DNA from: Sphingomicrobium sp. | GTDB taxonomy: Bacteria > Pseudomonadota > Alphaproteobacteria > Sphingomonadales > Sphingomonadaceae | DNA length: 48,388 bases | Assembly (NCBI GenBank): GCA_035545385.1 | Contig: DASZYL010000147.1 | Span: forward strand, 1 to 48,388 | Direction: 5' to 3' | Shown: positions 35,534 to 46,213 of the stretch, in pieces | Position numbering within the stretch: the stretch's first letter is position 1 | Layout: each line of letters begins with the position of its first letter | Notes under the pieces: generated by a model | Told to the model about the DNA's origin: nothing | Seen by the model: only the letters and a program-made list of their open reading frames with translations | Database searches by the model: none | Program-made: the position numbers and the translations under genes

Positions 35534-36088
35534 TCAGTGCGCCTGCCACGCCTGCAAGGCGGCGCTGGGCGCGAGCAGGTTCACGATGTTGAGAGCGAGG
35601 TTGTCCCGAATCGCGAAGAGCGGAATGAGCTCGAGCGCGAGGACGAGCGCGATCGATGCCCAGACCGGCAATTTTCGCGCGGCGACGAACCCCAGCCCCA
35701 TCATCAGGATATCCGATACGGAATTGATGACGCTGTCACCGCTGTAGCCAAGCGCAGCGGTCGTCTCGCGGTAACGATCGATGACCATCGGCGTGTTCTC
35801 GATGACTTCCCACGCCGCCTCGATTGCGACCGCGACGAGCAAGCGACCGTGGAAGGGCCAGCGACTCAGCACCAGCCAAAGCAGGACGTAGAAGAGAAAG
35901 CCATGGACGACGTGGCTGAGGCTGTACCAGTCGGCGATCATCTGGCTCGTCCTGGGGCTGTCGCGCGAGCCGACCCAGAGATCGACCGAACCGCAGGTGC
36001 AGATCGCGTGGCGGCCCATCGCGAGCTCGATCGCCGCGGCGGCGGCGATGATGAGGAAAGCTATGCCAAGAGCTCGACGTGCGGCCAT
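35534..36088 (-). CDS. DUF2585/UPF0314 membrane protein
   Basis: MGR..ICTCG, SQMIADWYSLSHVVHG, WEVIENTP..IDRYR, GDSVINS, IRDNL.LN. Confidence 0.9.
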   Translation of the reverse strand: MAARRALGIAFLIIAAAAAIELAMGRHAICTCGSVDLWVGSRDSPRTSQMIADWYSLSHVVHGFLFYVLLWLVLSRWPFHGRLLVAVAIEAAWEVIENTPMVIDRYRETTAALGYSGDSVINSVSDILMMGLGFVAARKLPVWASIALVLALELIPLFAIRDNLALNIVNLLAPSAALQAWQAH

Positions 36089-36156
36089 CCGGGAGACGAG
36101 GCTTAGCAGAGCGATCGCGCTTGCAAAGAACTGCCGTTCATCCGAGACACGCGCGC

Positions 36157-37134
36157 ATGCTGCGTGCTTACGGCCCCACCTGCGACGGAGAGATCATCGA
36201 TCCGAAGCTTCAGCAGATCCCCGACGACGCGGCCTGGATCGACCTCGAGGAGCCGACCAGCGAAGAGGAGCGGCTCGTCGAGCGCTGCATCCACGTCAAC
36301 GTTCCGACGCAGGATGAAATGGCCGAGATCGAGCCCTCGAGCCGGCTCTACGAGAAGAACGGCGCTCTCTACATGACGGTGAGCGCTCTTCGAGGTGTCG
36401 ATGAAGCGCATCCCTCGACCACTCCGATCGGCTTCGTCCTTGCCGACAACCGCCTCGTCACCATCCGCTACGCGACACCCAGGCCCGTTCGCACCTTCGA
36501 AAATCACGCCCGGCGCGACAAGGAACTGGTGAGCGACGGACCGACCGCGATGGTGCGCCTGCTCGACGCGATCATCGACCGGCTGGCCGACGAGATCGAG
36601 CACGTGAGCGCGAAGATGGAGGATCTTTCGCACGAGATCTTCCAGGAACAGCAGGACGAACGCAGAATTCCCGCCGCGAAGCTGACGGCCCTGCTCACGA
36701 GCATCGGGCGGACGCAGACTCTCCTCACCAAGATCCGCTACTCGGCCGTCAGCACGCTAAGGATGATGAGCTTTCTTGCCGGGTCGACCCTCGTCAACGA
36801 CGGGAGCCACAAGGACCTGAAGCATCATGTCACGAGCCTCTCGACCGACCTCACGTCGCTGAGCGAGCATGCGAGCTTCCTGTCGGACAACCTCACCTTC
36901 CTCCTCGATGCTTCGCTGGGCCTGATCAGCATCGAGCAGAACGCGGCGATGAAGCTCTTCTCCTGGGCTGCGGTCGTCTTCCTTCCGCCAACCCTCATCG
37001 CCGGCATCTTCGGGATGAACTTCCACTATATGCCGGAGCTCGACTGGCGATTCGGCTATCCGCTCTCGCTCCTCGTGATGCTTGCGACCGCGGTCGGCCC
37101 CTATCTCTATTTCAAGAGGCGCGGCTGGATCTAG
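36157..37134 (+). CDS. corA: CorA-family Mg2+/Co2+ transporter
   Basis: WIDLEEPT, EIEPSSRLY, FLPPTLIAGIFGMNFHYMPEL (GMN motif), FKRRGWI. Confidence 0.95.
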   Translation: MLRAYGPTCDGEIIDPKLQQIPDDAAWIDLEEPTSEEERLVERCIHVNVPTQDEMAEIEPSSRLYEKNGALYMTVSALRGVDEAHPSTTPIGFVLADNRLVTIRYATPRPVRTFENHARRDKELVSDGPTAMVRLLDAIIDRLADEIEHVSAKMEDLSHEIFQEQQDERRIPAAKLTALLTSIGRTQTLLTKIRYSAVSTLRMMSFLAGSTLVNDGSHKDLKHHVTSLSTDLTSLSEHASFLSDNLTFLLDASLGLISIEQNAAMKLFSWAAVVFLPPTLIAGIFGMNFHYMPELDWRFGYPLSLLVMLATAVGPYLYFKRRGWI

Positions 37135-37328
37135 GCGAGCTCGGCCGGGGCTTCGGCGACGGCCGTTTTCTCATCCGCCGCGGCGCGGCGGCGGGCCATG
37201 GCGGCATAGGCGAGGGCGAGTTCACCAGCGACGGCCGCTTCCTCTCCGCGGCCGGCGCCGCGCGCGGAGGCCCGCGCTTCGGCTTCGCGCATGCGGAAAT
37301 AGTCGCTGTCGTGGGTCTTGCCCGTCAC
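37131..37328 (-). CDS. hypothetical 65-aa helical protein
   Basis: SD aaggag before GTG; GC-rich third positions; DYFR.R..E...A..ELA..Y pattern. Confidence 0.6.
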   Translation of the reverse strand: MTGKTHDSDYFRMREAEARASARGAGRGEEAAVAGELALAYAAMARRRAAADEKTAVAEAPAELA

Positions 37329-37550
37329 TGGCCCTGCTCCTTCACCAAAATTCCCGGAAAACCAATGTTATTGCAGGTGCGAGACGATTTGGAAGGCGCG
37401 TTGGAGCGGCTCGGCCCGAGTGACGTTCAGCCTGCCGCAATTGGCACGGCCTCGTCGCGGTTTGCGGGCCAAGGACGGGGTTGCTAAGGGCCTCTCGCCC
37501 CCACCGGCGGCCTCAAAGAGGCGCCGCTTGCGATGATTCGAAGGACAGCA

Positions 37551-40232
37551 ATGATCCCCACCGGCCAGGATAGCCTCCACACCCGCTCGACCCTCGAGGC
37601 CGGCGGAAAGACCTACGCTTATTACAGCCTGGCGAAGGCCGGCGAGGCGCTCGGCGACGTCGCCCGCCTTCCCTTCTCGATGAAGGTCCTGCTCGAGAAC
37701 CTGCTCCGTTTCGAGGATGGCGAAACCGTCACGAAGGACGACCTCCAGGCGATGGTCGACTGGCTGAAGGAGCGCCGGATCAACCGCGAGATCCAGTACC
37801 GGCCGGCTCGTGTCCTCATGCAGGACTTCACCGGTGTTCCCGCGGTGGTCGACCTCGCCGCGATGCGCGATGCGATGGCCGCGCTCGGCGGCGATCCCCA
37901 GAAGATCAACCCGCTCGTCCCAGTCCATCTCGTCATCGACCACAGCGTCATGGTCGACGAGTTCGGAAACCCCCGCGCTTTCGAGAAGAACGTCGAGTTC
38001 GAATATGAGCGCAATTTCGAGCGCTACCAGTTCCTGAAATGGGGCAGCCAGGCGTTCGACAATTTCAAGGTTGTCCCACCGGGCACCGGCATCTGCCACC
38101 AGGTCAATCTCGAGCATATCTCGCAATGCGTGTGGACCGCCGAGGACCCGAGTGGCGAAAGTCTCGCCTATCCCGACACCCTGGTCGGGACCGACAGCCA
38201 CACGACGATGGTCAACGGCCTTGGAGTGCTCGGCTGGGGGGTCGGCGGGATCGAAGCCGAGGCGGCGATGCTCGGCCAGCCGGTCAGCATGCTCATCCCC
38301 GAGGTCGTCGGCTTCCGTCTCGACGGCGAGCTTCGTGAAGGGATCACTGCGACCGACCTCGTCCTCACCGTCACCCAGATGCTTCGCCAGAAGGGCGTCG
38401 TCGGGCGGTTCGTCGAATTCTTCGGGCCGGGCCTCGACAATCTTCCGCTCGCCGACCGCGCGACCATTGCCAACATGGCGCCGGAATATGGCGCCACGTG
38501 CGGTTTCTTCCCGATCGACGAGCGAACCATCGACTATCTCAGGCTGACCGGCCGCGACGATGCCCAGATCGCGCTGGTCCGGGCCTACGCCGAGGTCCAG
38601 GGACTGTGGCGGAGCGAGGGCTCGCAAGAGCCGCTCTTCACCGATACGCTCGAGCTCGACATGAGCTCGATCGAGCCTTCGCTCGCGGGTCCAAAGCGGC
38701 CGCAGGACCGGGTCGTTCTGAGCGAGGTCGACGACCAGTTCAATACCGAGCTCGACAAGACCTATCACAAGGCGGACGATCCAAGGGTCAGTGTCGAGGG
38801 AGAGCAGTTCGACTTCGGCAACGGCGACGTCGCGATCGCGGCGATCACCAGCTGCACCAATACCTCCAACCCCTCGGTGCTGATCGGCGCCGGCCTCGTC
38901 GCGCGCAAGGCTCGCGAGAAGGGCCTGCAGGTGAAGCCCTGGGTGAAGACGAGCCTCGCTCCGGGAAGCCAGGTGGTGAGCGACTATCTGCGCGAAAGCG
39001 GTCTCCAGGAGGATCTCGACGCGCTCGGCTTCGACCTCGTCGGCTATGGCTGCACGACCTGCATCGGCAATTCCGGACCGCTTCCGGAACCGATCAGCAA
39101 GGCCATCAACGACAATGACCTGGTCGCGGTCAGCGTCCTTTCCGGAAATCGCAATTTCGAGGGCCGGGTGTCGCCCGATTGCCGTGCCAATTATCTCGCG
39201 TCGCCGCCGCTCGTCGTCGCCTATGCGCTCAAGGGCACGGTCCGCTCGGACATGATCAGGGAGCCGCTTGGAACGGCCACGAACGGCGAGCCCGTTTTCC
39301 TCAGGGACATCTGGCCGTCGAACGAGGAGATCCGCACCCTCATCGACCGGCATGTCCATTCCGAGATGTTCCGCCGGCGCTACGCGGACGTCTACCAGGG
39401 CGACGAGCGCTGGCGCTCGATCGAGATCACGGGCGGGGACACCTACGGATGGCCGTCAGGTTCGACCTACATCCAGAACCCGCCCTATTTCGTCGGGATG
39501 GAGATGGTGCCAACGCCGCCAGCGGACATCGAGAGGGCAAGGCCGCTCGCGATCTTCGGCGATTCCATCACCACCGACCACATCTCGCCCGCCGGAGCGA
39601 TCAAGCCCGACAGCCCCGCCGGCCGCTATCTTCTCGAGCATGGCGTCAGCAGGGGCGAGTTCAACAGCTACGGGTCGCGGCGCGGCAACCACGAGGTGAT
39701 GATGCGCGGGACCTTCGCCAACATCCGGATCCGCAACCGCATGCTCGACAATGTCGAAGGCGGATTCACGCGCTATGCGCCGACCGGCGAGACGATGCCG
39801 ATCTACGACGCGGCGATGCTGTACAAGCAGGATGACCGGCCGCTCGTCGTCATCGCCGGCAAGGAATATGGAACCGGGAGCTCGCGCGACTGGGCGGCGA
39901 AGGGAACGGTCCTTCTTGGCGTCCGCGCAGTCATCGCCGAGAGCTTCGAGCGCATCCACCGCTCCAATCTCGTCGGAATGGGTGTTCTTCCGCTCCAGTT
40001 CAGGGAGGGCGAGAATGCCGCGACCTACGGCCTCACCGGCCGCGAGAAATATACGATCAGGGGCATCGCCGAGATCCAGCCGAGGCAGGAGGTGGAGGTC
40101 CGCGTCACTCCTGACGAGGGAGAGGAGTTCAGCTTCACCGCGCGCTGCCGGATCGACACGTTCAACGAGCTCGAATATTTCCGCTCGGGCGGAATCCTTC
40201 ATTACGTGCTGCGAAAGCTCGCCGCGCAATGA
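37551..40232 (+). CDS. acnA: aconitate hydratase A
   Basis: [23 protein letters not shown] and [10 protein letters not shown] (three Fe-S Cys), [13 protein letters not shown]. Confidence 0.98.
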   Translation: MIPTGQDSLHTRSTLEAGGKTYAYYSLAKAGEALGDVARLPFSMKVLLENLLRFEDGETVTKDDLQAMVDWLKERRINREIQYRPARVLMQDFTGVPAVVDLAAMRDAMAALGGDPQKINPLVPVHLVIDHSVMVDEFGNPRAFEKNVEFEYERNFERYQFLKWGSQAFDNFKVVPPGTGICHQVNLEHISQCVWTAEDPSGESLAYPDTLVGTDSHTTMVNGLGVLGWGVGGIEAEAAMLGQPVSMLIPEVVGFRLDGELREGITATDLVLTVTQMLRQKGVVGRFVEFFGPGLDNLPLADRATIANMAPEYGATCGFFPIDERTIDYLRLTGRDDAQIALVRAYAEVQGLWRSEGSQEPLFTDTLELDMSSIEPSLAGPKRPQDRVVLSEVDDQFNTELDKTYHKADDPRVSVEGEQFDFGNGDVAIAAITSCTNTSNPSVLIGAGLVARKAREKGLQVKPWVKTSLAPGSQVVSDYLRESGLQEDLDALGFDLVGYGCTTCIGNSGPLPEPISKAINDNDLVAVSVLSGNRNFEGRVSPDCRANYLASPPLVVAYALKGTVRSDMIREPLGTATNGEPVFLRDIWPSNEEIRTLIDRHVHSEMFRRRYADVYQGDERWRSIEITGGDTYGWPSGSTYIQNPPYFVGMEMVPTPPADIERARPLAIFGDSITTDHISPAGAIKPDSPAGRYLLEHGVSRGEFNSYGSRRGNHEVMMRGTFANIRIRNRMLDNVEGGFTRYAPTGETMPIYDAAMLYKQDDRPLVVIAGKEYGTGSSRDWAAKGTVLLGVRAVIAESFERIHRSNLVGMGVLPLQFREGENAATYGLTGREKYTIRGIAEIQPRQEVEVRVTPDEGEEFSFTARCRIDTFNELEYFRSGGILHYVLRKLAAQ

Positions 40233-40242
40233 ACGAGGCGAT

Positions 40243-40506
40243 GTGACGGCCGAGCAATTGGCGGTCGAGGTCGCGGGCTGGGCGGGCGCGGCGCTGATCC
40301 TCCTCGCCTACCTGCTGCTCTCGGCGGGCCGGCTCGGCGGTCAGTCCCTCTCCTACCAGGTCATGAACGTCGTCGGAGCCGCCGGGTTCGTCATCAACGG
40401 CTGGTGGCACGAGGCGCTGCCGTCAGCGAGCCTCAATGTCCTGTGGCTGATGATCGGGCTGTTCGCGTCGATCCGGATCCTCAAGCGGCGACGCCGGGCG
40501 CGATGA
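40243..40506 (+). CDS. small membrane protein, CBU_0592-like
   Basis: GWAGAALILLAYLLL..YQVMNVVGA..LNVLW pattern, three TM helices; SD gagg; stop overlaps the next ATG. Confidence 0.75.
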   Translation: MTAEQLAVEVAGWAGAALILLAYLLLSAGRLGGQSLSYQVMNVVGAAGFVINGWWHEALPSASLNVLWLMIGLFASIRILKRRRRAR

Positions 40507-41162
40507 CAAGGATCGTCGATCTCAGCCACGTCATCGAAGACGGGATGACGACCTATCCCGGCCTGCCGGGCCCGCACATCTGCGACTTCTGGTCGAGGGA
40601 AGCATCGGCATCGAGCTATGACGATGGCTCGACGTTCCAGATCGGGAAGATCGACATGGTCGCGAACACCGGGACCTACGTCGACGCGCCCTTCCATCGT
40701 TATTCCGACGGCACCGATCTTGCCGACCTGCCGCTTTCCTCGATCGCCAACCTCCCGGGAATGGTCGTTCGTCAGCCCTGGGACACGAACATCGCAGTGG
40801 ACGTCGCAGCGTTCGAAGGACTCGATGTCAGCGGGAAAGCCGTCCTCGTCCATACCGGCTGGGACCGGCACTGGCGAACCCAACGATACGGCGAGGGCCA
40901 CCCTTTCCTGACGAGCGCCGCGGCCGAGTGGCTGGCAGGCAATGGCGCCGCCATCGTCGGCATCGACAGCAACAATATCGACGATACCCGCCAGCGCTCG
41001 CGACCGGTGCACACCAGGCTGCTCGGGGCGGGCGTCCTCATCTGCGAGCACATGACCGGGCTTGGCCAGCTTCCCGATCAATCCTTTCGCTTCCACGCCG
41101 CTCCGCCAAAGGTCCGCGGCATGGGGAGCTTTCCCGTTCGCGCTTATGCCGTGCTCGACTGA
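40503..41162 (+). CDS. cyclase / kynurenine formamidase family protein
   Basis: DLSH, NTGTYVDAPFH, VLVHTGW, VGIDS, HTRLL, ICEHMTGL, FPVRAYA. Confidence 0.88.
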   Translation: MTRIVDLSHVIEDGMTTYPGLPGPHICDFWSREASASSYDDGSTFQIGKIDMVANTGTYVDAPFHRYSDGTDLADLPLSSIANLPGMVVRQPWDTNIAVDVAAFEGLDVSGKAVLVHTGWDRHWRTQRYGEGHPFLTSAAAEWLAGNGAAIVGIDSNNIDDTRQRSRPVHTRLLGAGVLICEHMTGLGQLPDQSFRFHAAPPKVRGMGSFPVRAYAVLD

Positions 41163-41857
41163 CCAAGGGCGTTCTTGAGCCAGTCGGGGATGATCGCATT
41201 GTCCGGGATCGAATCGACGCGAGCATGGACCACCGAGAGGCCGAGCTCCGGATAAGTTGCGCGAACCCGATCGCTGCTCGTTCCCATCGTGACGAAGAGG
41301 CGCCGGTTGATCTTCTGCCGCCAGTTCATTCGCGCCGTGTTTTCCTGTCCGACGAAGCAGCCCTTGGTGAAGCTCACACCGTTCAGTTCGGCGGCATTGC
41401 ACTCGAGCCAGAGAAGGTCGCCGAGCTCGGCCCGGCCCTCGCACACGCCATTTCGAAGGCGGTGCTCGAGCCATCCGGCCCGAGGCTCGTCCCTCCCTCC
41501 GAGCCAGCGATTTCCAAGCGAGGGAAGACGCGGGTCAGGGACGCCATCTTCACCCTCGGGCGACCAGTGCACGAACAGCGTCATGTCGCGATCGATCCGG
41601 ACCTGGCGGCGAAGGCGATAGATAGAGAGCCGCTTGACGAGCTCGTCGGCGAAAGCCTCCTCGCAGTCGAGCAGCAGGTCATCGCCATCGTCCCAGACGA
41701 TGAAGTCGAAGAGGCACTTGCCCTGCGCAGTCAGCAATCCTGTCCAGACCGGAAGAGCGCCGAGGACGTCCGACGTGACGAGCCCTTGCAGGAAGCCGCG
41801 CACATCCTCGCCCGAGAGGCGGATGACGGCACGGTCGGTGAGGGTGGTTGAGGGCAT
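41144..41857 (-). CDS. ygfZ: folate-binding Fe-S/tRNA-modification protein YgfZ
   Basis: FLQGLVTSD, LTAQGK, VSFTKGCFVGQE signature; alternative start 41863. Confidence 0.9.
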   Translation of the reverse strand: MPSTTLTDRAVIRLSGEDVRGFLQGLVTSDVLGALPVWTGLLTAQGKCLFDFIVWDDGDDLLLDCEEAFADELVKRLSIYRLRRQVRIDRDMTLFVHWSPEGEDGVPDPRLPSLGNRWLGGRDEPRAGWLEHRLRNGVCEGRAELGDLLWLECNAAELNGVSFTKGCFVGQENTARMNWRQKINRRLFVTMGTSSDRVRATYPELGLSVVHARVDSIPDNAIIPDWLKNALGQSSTA

Positions 41858-41880
41858 GATCATCAGTTAGGGAGCGGCTC

Positions 41881-42915
41881 GTGGCTTCGCAAACGCTGAC
41901 CATCCGCCGCCCAGACGATTGGCACGTCCACCTTCGCGACGGCGATATGCTCCAGCTCGTCGCGCCTTTTACCGCGAGGCAGTTCGGCCGGGCCATCGTA
42001 ATGCCGAACCTCGTCCCGCCGGTGACGACGCCAGAGGCCGCACGCGCATATCGCGATCGCATCCTCAAGGCCGCCGGAGCCGGCTTCACGCCGCTCATGA
42101 CATGCTATCTGACGGACGAGACCAGGCCCGATGAGATCGCTCAAGGCTTCGAGGGGGAGGCCTGGGTCGCGGCCAAGCTCTATCCCGCCGGAGCAACGAC
42201 CAACAGCTCGAGCGGAGTGACGGACGTAAGAGCCATCTATCCCGTGCTCGAGCGCATGCAGAAGATCGGGATGGTGCTCTGCGTCCATGGCGAAGTCACC
42301 GACCCCGAGGTCGATATTTTCGACCGCGAGGCGGTATTCATCGAGCGGATCCTAAAACGCCTCGTCGCCGACTTCCCTGCGCTCAAGATCGTTCTTGAGC
42401 ATATCACCACGAGACAGGCCGCCGAGTTCGTCATGGACCACCAGGAAAGGATCGGCGCCACCGTCACTCCGCAGCATCTCCACATCAACCGGAACGCGAT
42501 CTTCGCCGGCGGGCTGAGACCCCATTCCTACTGCCTTCCCGTCGCCAAGCGCGAGGAGCACCGGCTCGCGGTGCGCAAGGCCGCGACCTCGGGAGCGCCG
42601 AACATCTTTCTTGGGACCGACACCGCGCCGCATCCCCGGCATGCCAAGGAATCTGCCTGCGGCTGCGCCGGCATCTTCAATGCTCCCTTCGCGCTTGAAA
42701 GCTATGCGAGCGTATTTGATGCCGAGGGAGCCTTGGACAGGTTCGAAGCCTTCGCATCGCTGAATGGCGCTCGTTTCTACGGCCTTCCCTTGAACGAGGG
42801 CAGCGTCACGCTCGAACGAGCAGAGACAAGGGTGCCGGAACGGATCGAAGCGGGCGCCATCGAACTCGTCCCCTTTCACTCGGGCGAGACGCTGGGCTGG
42901 AAGCTCGTCCGCTGA
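41881..42915 (+). CDS. pyrC: dihydroorotase (homodimeric type)
   Basis: [45 protein letters not shown]. Confidence 0.97.
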   Translation: MASQTLTIRRPDDWHVHLRDGDMLQLVAPFTARQFGRAIVMPNLVPPVTTPEAARAYRDRILKAAGAGFTPLMTCYLTDETRPDEIAQGFEGEAWVAAKLYPAGATTNSSSGVTDVRAIYPVLERMQKIGMVLCVHGEVTDPEVDIFDREAVFIERILKRLVADFPALKIVLEHITTRQAAEFVMDHQERIGATVTPQHLHINRNAIFAGGLRPHSYCLPVAKREEHRLAVRKAATSGAPNIFLGTDTAPHPRHAKESACGCAGIFNAPFALESYASVFDAEGALDRFEAFASLNGARFYGLPLNEGSVTLERAETRVPERIEAGAIELVPFHSGETLGWKLVR

Positions 42916-42922
42916 TCGCCGC

Positions 42923-43678
42923 TCAGGGGGCGGTTCCGCTCCCGCTGTGGCCGATCACGGCGTTATAATGCTCGGCGAGCCGGTCATAGCATTCGCAGCT
43001 TCTCCGCTTGAGGCCGGCACGGTCGATGACGCTGATCGCGCCCCTTCGGGCAAGGATCAGGCGCTCGGAGCTCAGTTCCTTGATCACCGCGTTGACGGTC
43101 GTTCGCTGGACTCCGAGGAGCTGCGAGAAGGCCTCCTGGGTAAGCTCGATCCTGTCACCGGCGCGATCCTGGACATGGAGCAGCCAGCGCGCGGCACGCT
43201 CGGTGATCGAGTGGAAGGCGTTGCAGGCAACGGACTGCATCACTGTCGAAAGCAGGTAATCCGAATAGCGACAGAAGAGGTTGCCAATGAAGTGGGACCG
43301 GTTCTTCGCGTCTTCGAGCGCGTCCATCGGAACCCTGAACATGGCTCCGCCAACGAGGACTTCCGCGCGCGAGAAAGCGGGCGCGTGGCCGCAGCTCACG
43401 ATCCCGCCCACCGCTCCTTCCCTGCCAATCGAGGCGACCTCGACCGACCGGCTTCCGCTGAGCTCGGTGACCATGGAAACCATCGTCTCTCCGACCGGGA
43501 ACAGGCTCGAACGGACCTGCTCTCCGCGCTCGAGGACCGAGTCCCCGGCGTCCACCTCTATCATCGTGCCATAGGGTTCGATCAGTGCGCGCGCCTCGCG
43601 CGAGAAGGTCGAAAGCAACCGGTTTCCGGAGAAGGCCTCGTCGGCCAGGATGAGTTCGTCTGTCGTAACCTCTGCCAC
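42923..43678 (-). CDS. Crp/Fnr-family transcriptional regulator
   Basis: cNMP-like domain (EVASIGREG), ACNAFH..ERAARWLL, LTQE..QLLGVQRTTV HTH, CECY tail; start uncertain. Confidence 0.88.
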   Translation of the reverse strand: MAEVTTDELILADEAFSGNRLLSTFSREARALIEPYGTMIEVDAGDSVLERGEQVRSSLFPVGETMVSMVTELSGSRSVEVASIGREGAVGGIVSCGHAPAFSRAEVLVGGAMFRVPMDALEDAKNRSHFIGNLFCRYSDYLLSTVMQSVACNAFHSITERAARWLLHVQDRAGDRIELTQEAFSQLLGVQRTTVNAVIKELSSERLILARRGAISVIDRAGLKRRSCECYDRLAEHYNAVIGHSGSGTAP

Positions 43679-43774
43679 TTGTCGGTTCCCGGAAAAGTCA
43701 TGTCCTTGAGGGCCGTCGCCGCTCGTTACGAGTGCGGCCCAAATGGATAATGCCCGTCGGGCCAAGTTGCTCCA

Positions 43775-44704
43775 TCAGCCGTGGACGGCCTCGACGATGG
43801 TCCGGCGACCGACCAGCAGGCAGTCCGCAACGAGCCGAAGCGGAGCGACGTCGACAAGGCTGCGCCGCTCGTCGATGAGCTCGGCGAACATCCGGTAGAT
43901 GTCGGGATATTCGCCAATCCCGTCATCGGCACGGGCTTCGTCCCCGAGGATCAGCCTTGCGCCACCATCCTCGAGTCGAAGGCGAATGCCATCCACCGTC
44001 TCGACCGTGATGGTCCATTCCTCGCCCTCGCTTCGTCGCCAGTCGAGACTCGCGGCCAATTTTCCGTCCGCCTCGGGGCTGTAGAAGGTCACGTCGGCAG
44101 CGATCGGCGTCTGGGCATTTTCGGGAAAGCTGAGATTGGCTGACTGAACGAAGAGCGAGCCCGGGAAGATCCGGGTCGCGATCGAGAAGGCATTGATGCC
44201 GGGGTCGAACACTCCAAATCCACCAGGCTCCCAGATCCACTCCTGGCCCGGATGCCATTTGTGAACGTCTTCGTGCCAGTGGATCTCGAAGGAACGGATG
44301 CGTTTTCCGGCAAGCGCCTTCGCCGCGTCCTCGACGGTCGAATGGTGCTGCGCATGCCAGGTCGTGAAAAGCGTCACGCCCTTCGCCTCGGCGAGGCAGT
44401 CGAGATCGGCGATTTCTGCAAGACCGGCGGTCGGAGGCTTTTCGAGAAGGCAATGAAGGCCAGCCTCGATACATTCTCTCGCAATTGCGTACCTTGGCCC
44501 CGGAGGAGTGGTGATCGCCACCGCCTCGAGTCCATCGACCTTATTGATGAGCTCCCGCCAATCGGTGAACTTCTCGCCGACACCCTGGCCCGAGCGGCTC
44601 GACGTCGCGACGAGGTCGAAACGCGGATTGCCCGAAATCGAGGGAACGTGCTGGTCCTCGGCGATCTTGCCGTACCCGATGATCGCGATCCGGATGGGTC
44701 TCAT
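43775..44704 (-). CDS. Gfo/Idh/MocA oxidoreductase, D-galactose 1-dehydrogenase-like
   Basis: IGYGKIA.DQH, LEKPP, WHEDVHKWHPGQEWIW..GGFGVFDPGINA; coupled to dgoA. Confidence 0.87.
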   Translation of the reverse strand: MRPIRIAIIGYGKIAEDQHVPSISGNPRFDLVATSSRSGQGVGEKFTDWRELINKVDGLEAVAITTPPGPRYAIARECIEAGLHCLLEKPPTAGLAEIADLDCLAEAKGVTLFTTWHAQHHSTVEDAAKALAGKRIRSFEIHWHEDVHKWHPGQEWIWEPGGFGVFDPGINAFSIATRIFPGSLFVQSANLSFPENAQTPIAADVTFYSPEADGKLAASLDWRRSEGEEWTITVETVDGIRLRLEDGGARLILGDEARADDGIGEYPDIYRMFAELIDERRSLVDVAPLRLVADCLLVGRRTIVEAVHG

Positions 44705-45330
44705 TTCCGCAGCTCCGCAACATAGCGACAAGCCCTGTCGAGCGTCTCGGCGGCCGATTGCCCGGGCTTGTAGAGCCCCGATCCGAGCCCGAAGCCCTTC
44801 GCTCCGCACTCGAGCCACGGCCGCATGTTGTCGGGAGTGATCCCGCCGACGGCCATGACCGGGACGTCCGCTGGAAGGACCGCGAGCTGCGCCTTCAGCA
44901 CCGAGGGAGCGGCGCCTTCGGCGGGGAAGAGCTTGAGGGTGGTTGCCCCTGCACGAATGGCAGCGAAGGCTTCGGAAGGCGTGAAATAGCCCGGGGAGGA
45001 GACCAGCCCCGCCGCAGCGGTTGCCGCAATGACGTCAAGGTTCGAATCGGGTGAGACGATGATCCTTCCGCCGGCGTCGCGGACCGCGCCTACCTCCCCG
45101 GGGCGGAGGACCGTTCCAGCGCCCACGAGCATGCTGTCGCCGAACCTCCGGGCAAGAAGCTCGATGCTCTTCAGCGGCTCGGGAGAGTTGAGCGGGACCT
45201 CGATGATCCGGATCCCGGCTTCCTCGATCGCAGCGCCGATCGCCTCGGCCTCGTCGGGCCCCATCCCGCGGACAATCGCGATCAGCGGGCATTGGTCGAA
45301 ATATCGGTGAAAGATTTCCTTGGCGCCCAC
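44701..45330 (-). CDS. dgoA: 2-dehydro-3-deoxy-6-phosphogalactonate aldolase
   Basis: IEVPLNSP, GAGTV, TPSEAF, LKLFPAE, GFGLGSGLYKPG. Confidence 0.93.
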   Translation of the reverse strand: MGAKEIFHRYFDQCPLIAIVRGMGPDEAEAIGAAIEEAGIRIIEVPLNSPEPLKSIELLARRFGDSMLVGAGTVLRPGEVGAVRDAGGRIIVSPDSNLDVIAATAAAGLVSSPGYFTPSEAFAAIRAGATTLKLFPAEGAAPSVLKAQLAVLPADVPVMAVGGITPDNMRPWLECGAKGFGLGSGLYKPGQSAAETLDRACRYVAELRK

Positions 45331-45331
45331 G

Positions 45332-46213
45332 TCAGATCCTTTTCGCAATCTCTTGAATACCGGCGAGGAAACAGTCTTCGCCGTCGAGCTCGACCGCCTC
45401 CCGGCCGGCTTCCTCGACCGCGGCCGCGTAAAGCCGGGTCAGTTCCTTCCGGCCCATGACCGGAATTCGAACGCCGAGCGGCCAGGTAAGCCCGATCCTG
45501 ACGTCGGTGCCGATCAGGAGTCCGCTGATATAGGATGGCGCCTCCTCCTTCTTCATCTGCCCGAGGAGGACGCTCGCGCGCACTCCGAACAATGCCGCCG
45601 GGAGCATGTCGTGGTCGAGCCCGACGCGCACTCCGCGCCTGAACGACTCGTCCACCTCGACCGGGCCGGCGAGCATGTCGGCAAGGATGCTGTGCTGCTT
45701 GAGCAAGCTGAACAGCTCGCCCGTCATGACGGTTCCGAACGTGTGGAGGGTGCCCTGCCTCAGGAGCACCCACTTGTTGTGGGTGCCCGGATGGCAAACC
45801 AGGCTGTCAGGGGCGACTCGGCCGGAGGCCACTCCGCCAACGAGCTGGACCTCCTCGCCGCGCATGACGTCGGCGCGGCCCTGCCCGAGGTAGGAAACGC
45901 CAGGAACGATGGCTTCGCGCTCCCCGGCCCAGACGAGCTTCTCGACGAGGTCCTCGATCGTCGCTGGGCACGGAACGTACGGCGCTTCCTTCCAACCGCG
46001 GTTCGAACCGACCATTCCGGCAAGGAGCAGCGGAAGGTCGCCAAGTCTCTTGCGAATCTCGGCGATCGCAGCCGGAAATCCGCCGGCCGGGACGGAGAGG
46101 ACGCCCCTGTCGTCCTCGAACTCGTCGATCTGCTTTCCTGCAGGATCGATCCGATAGGCGCGGCGATTGGTTGTGCCCCAGTCGACCGCGATGAAACCTT
46201 CCGTCCAGCGCAT
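45332..46213 (-). CDS. dgoK: 2-dehydro-3-deoxygalactonokinase
   Basis: VDWGTTN.RA, GMVGSNRGW.EAPY, DVMRGEEVQ, PGTHNKW, MTGELF. Confidence 0.94.
   Translation of the reverse strand: MRWTEGFIAVDWGTTNRRAYRIDPAGKQIDEFEDDRGVLSVPAGGFPAAIAEIRKRLGDLPLLLAGMVGSNRGWKEAPYVPCPATIEDLVEKLVWAGEREAIVPGVSYLGQGRADVMRGEEVQLVGGVASGRVAPDSLVCHPGTHNKWVLLRQGTLHTFGTVMTGELFSLLKQHSILADMLAGPVEVDESFRRGVRVGLDHDMLPAALFGVRASVLLGQMKKEEAPSYISGLLIGTDVRIGLTWPLGVRIPVMGRKELTRLYAAAVEEAGREAVELDGEDCFLAGIQEIAKRI

Noticed and set aside
37441-37465. TTGGCACG as a sigma54 promoter for acnA
   Set aside because: No GC at the required GG-N10-GC spacing.
37368-39359. 663-aa minus-strand ORF
   Set aside because: Antisense to acnA; no domain signal.
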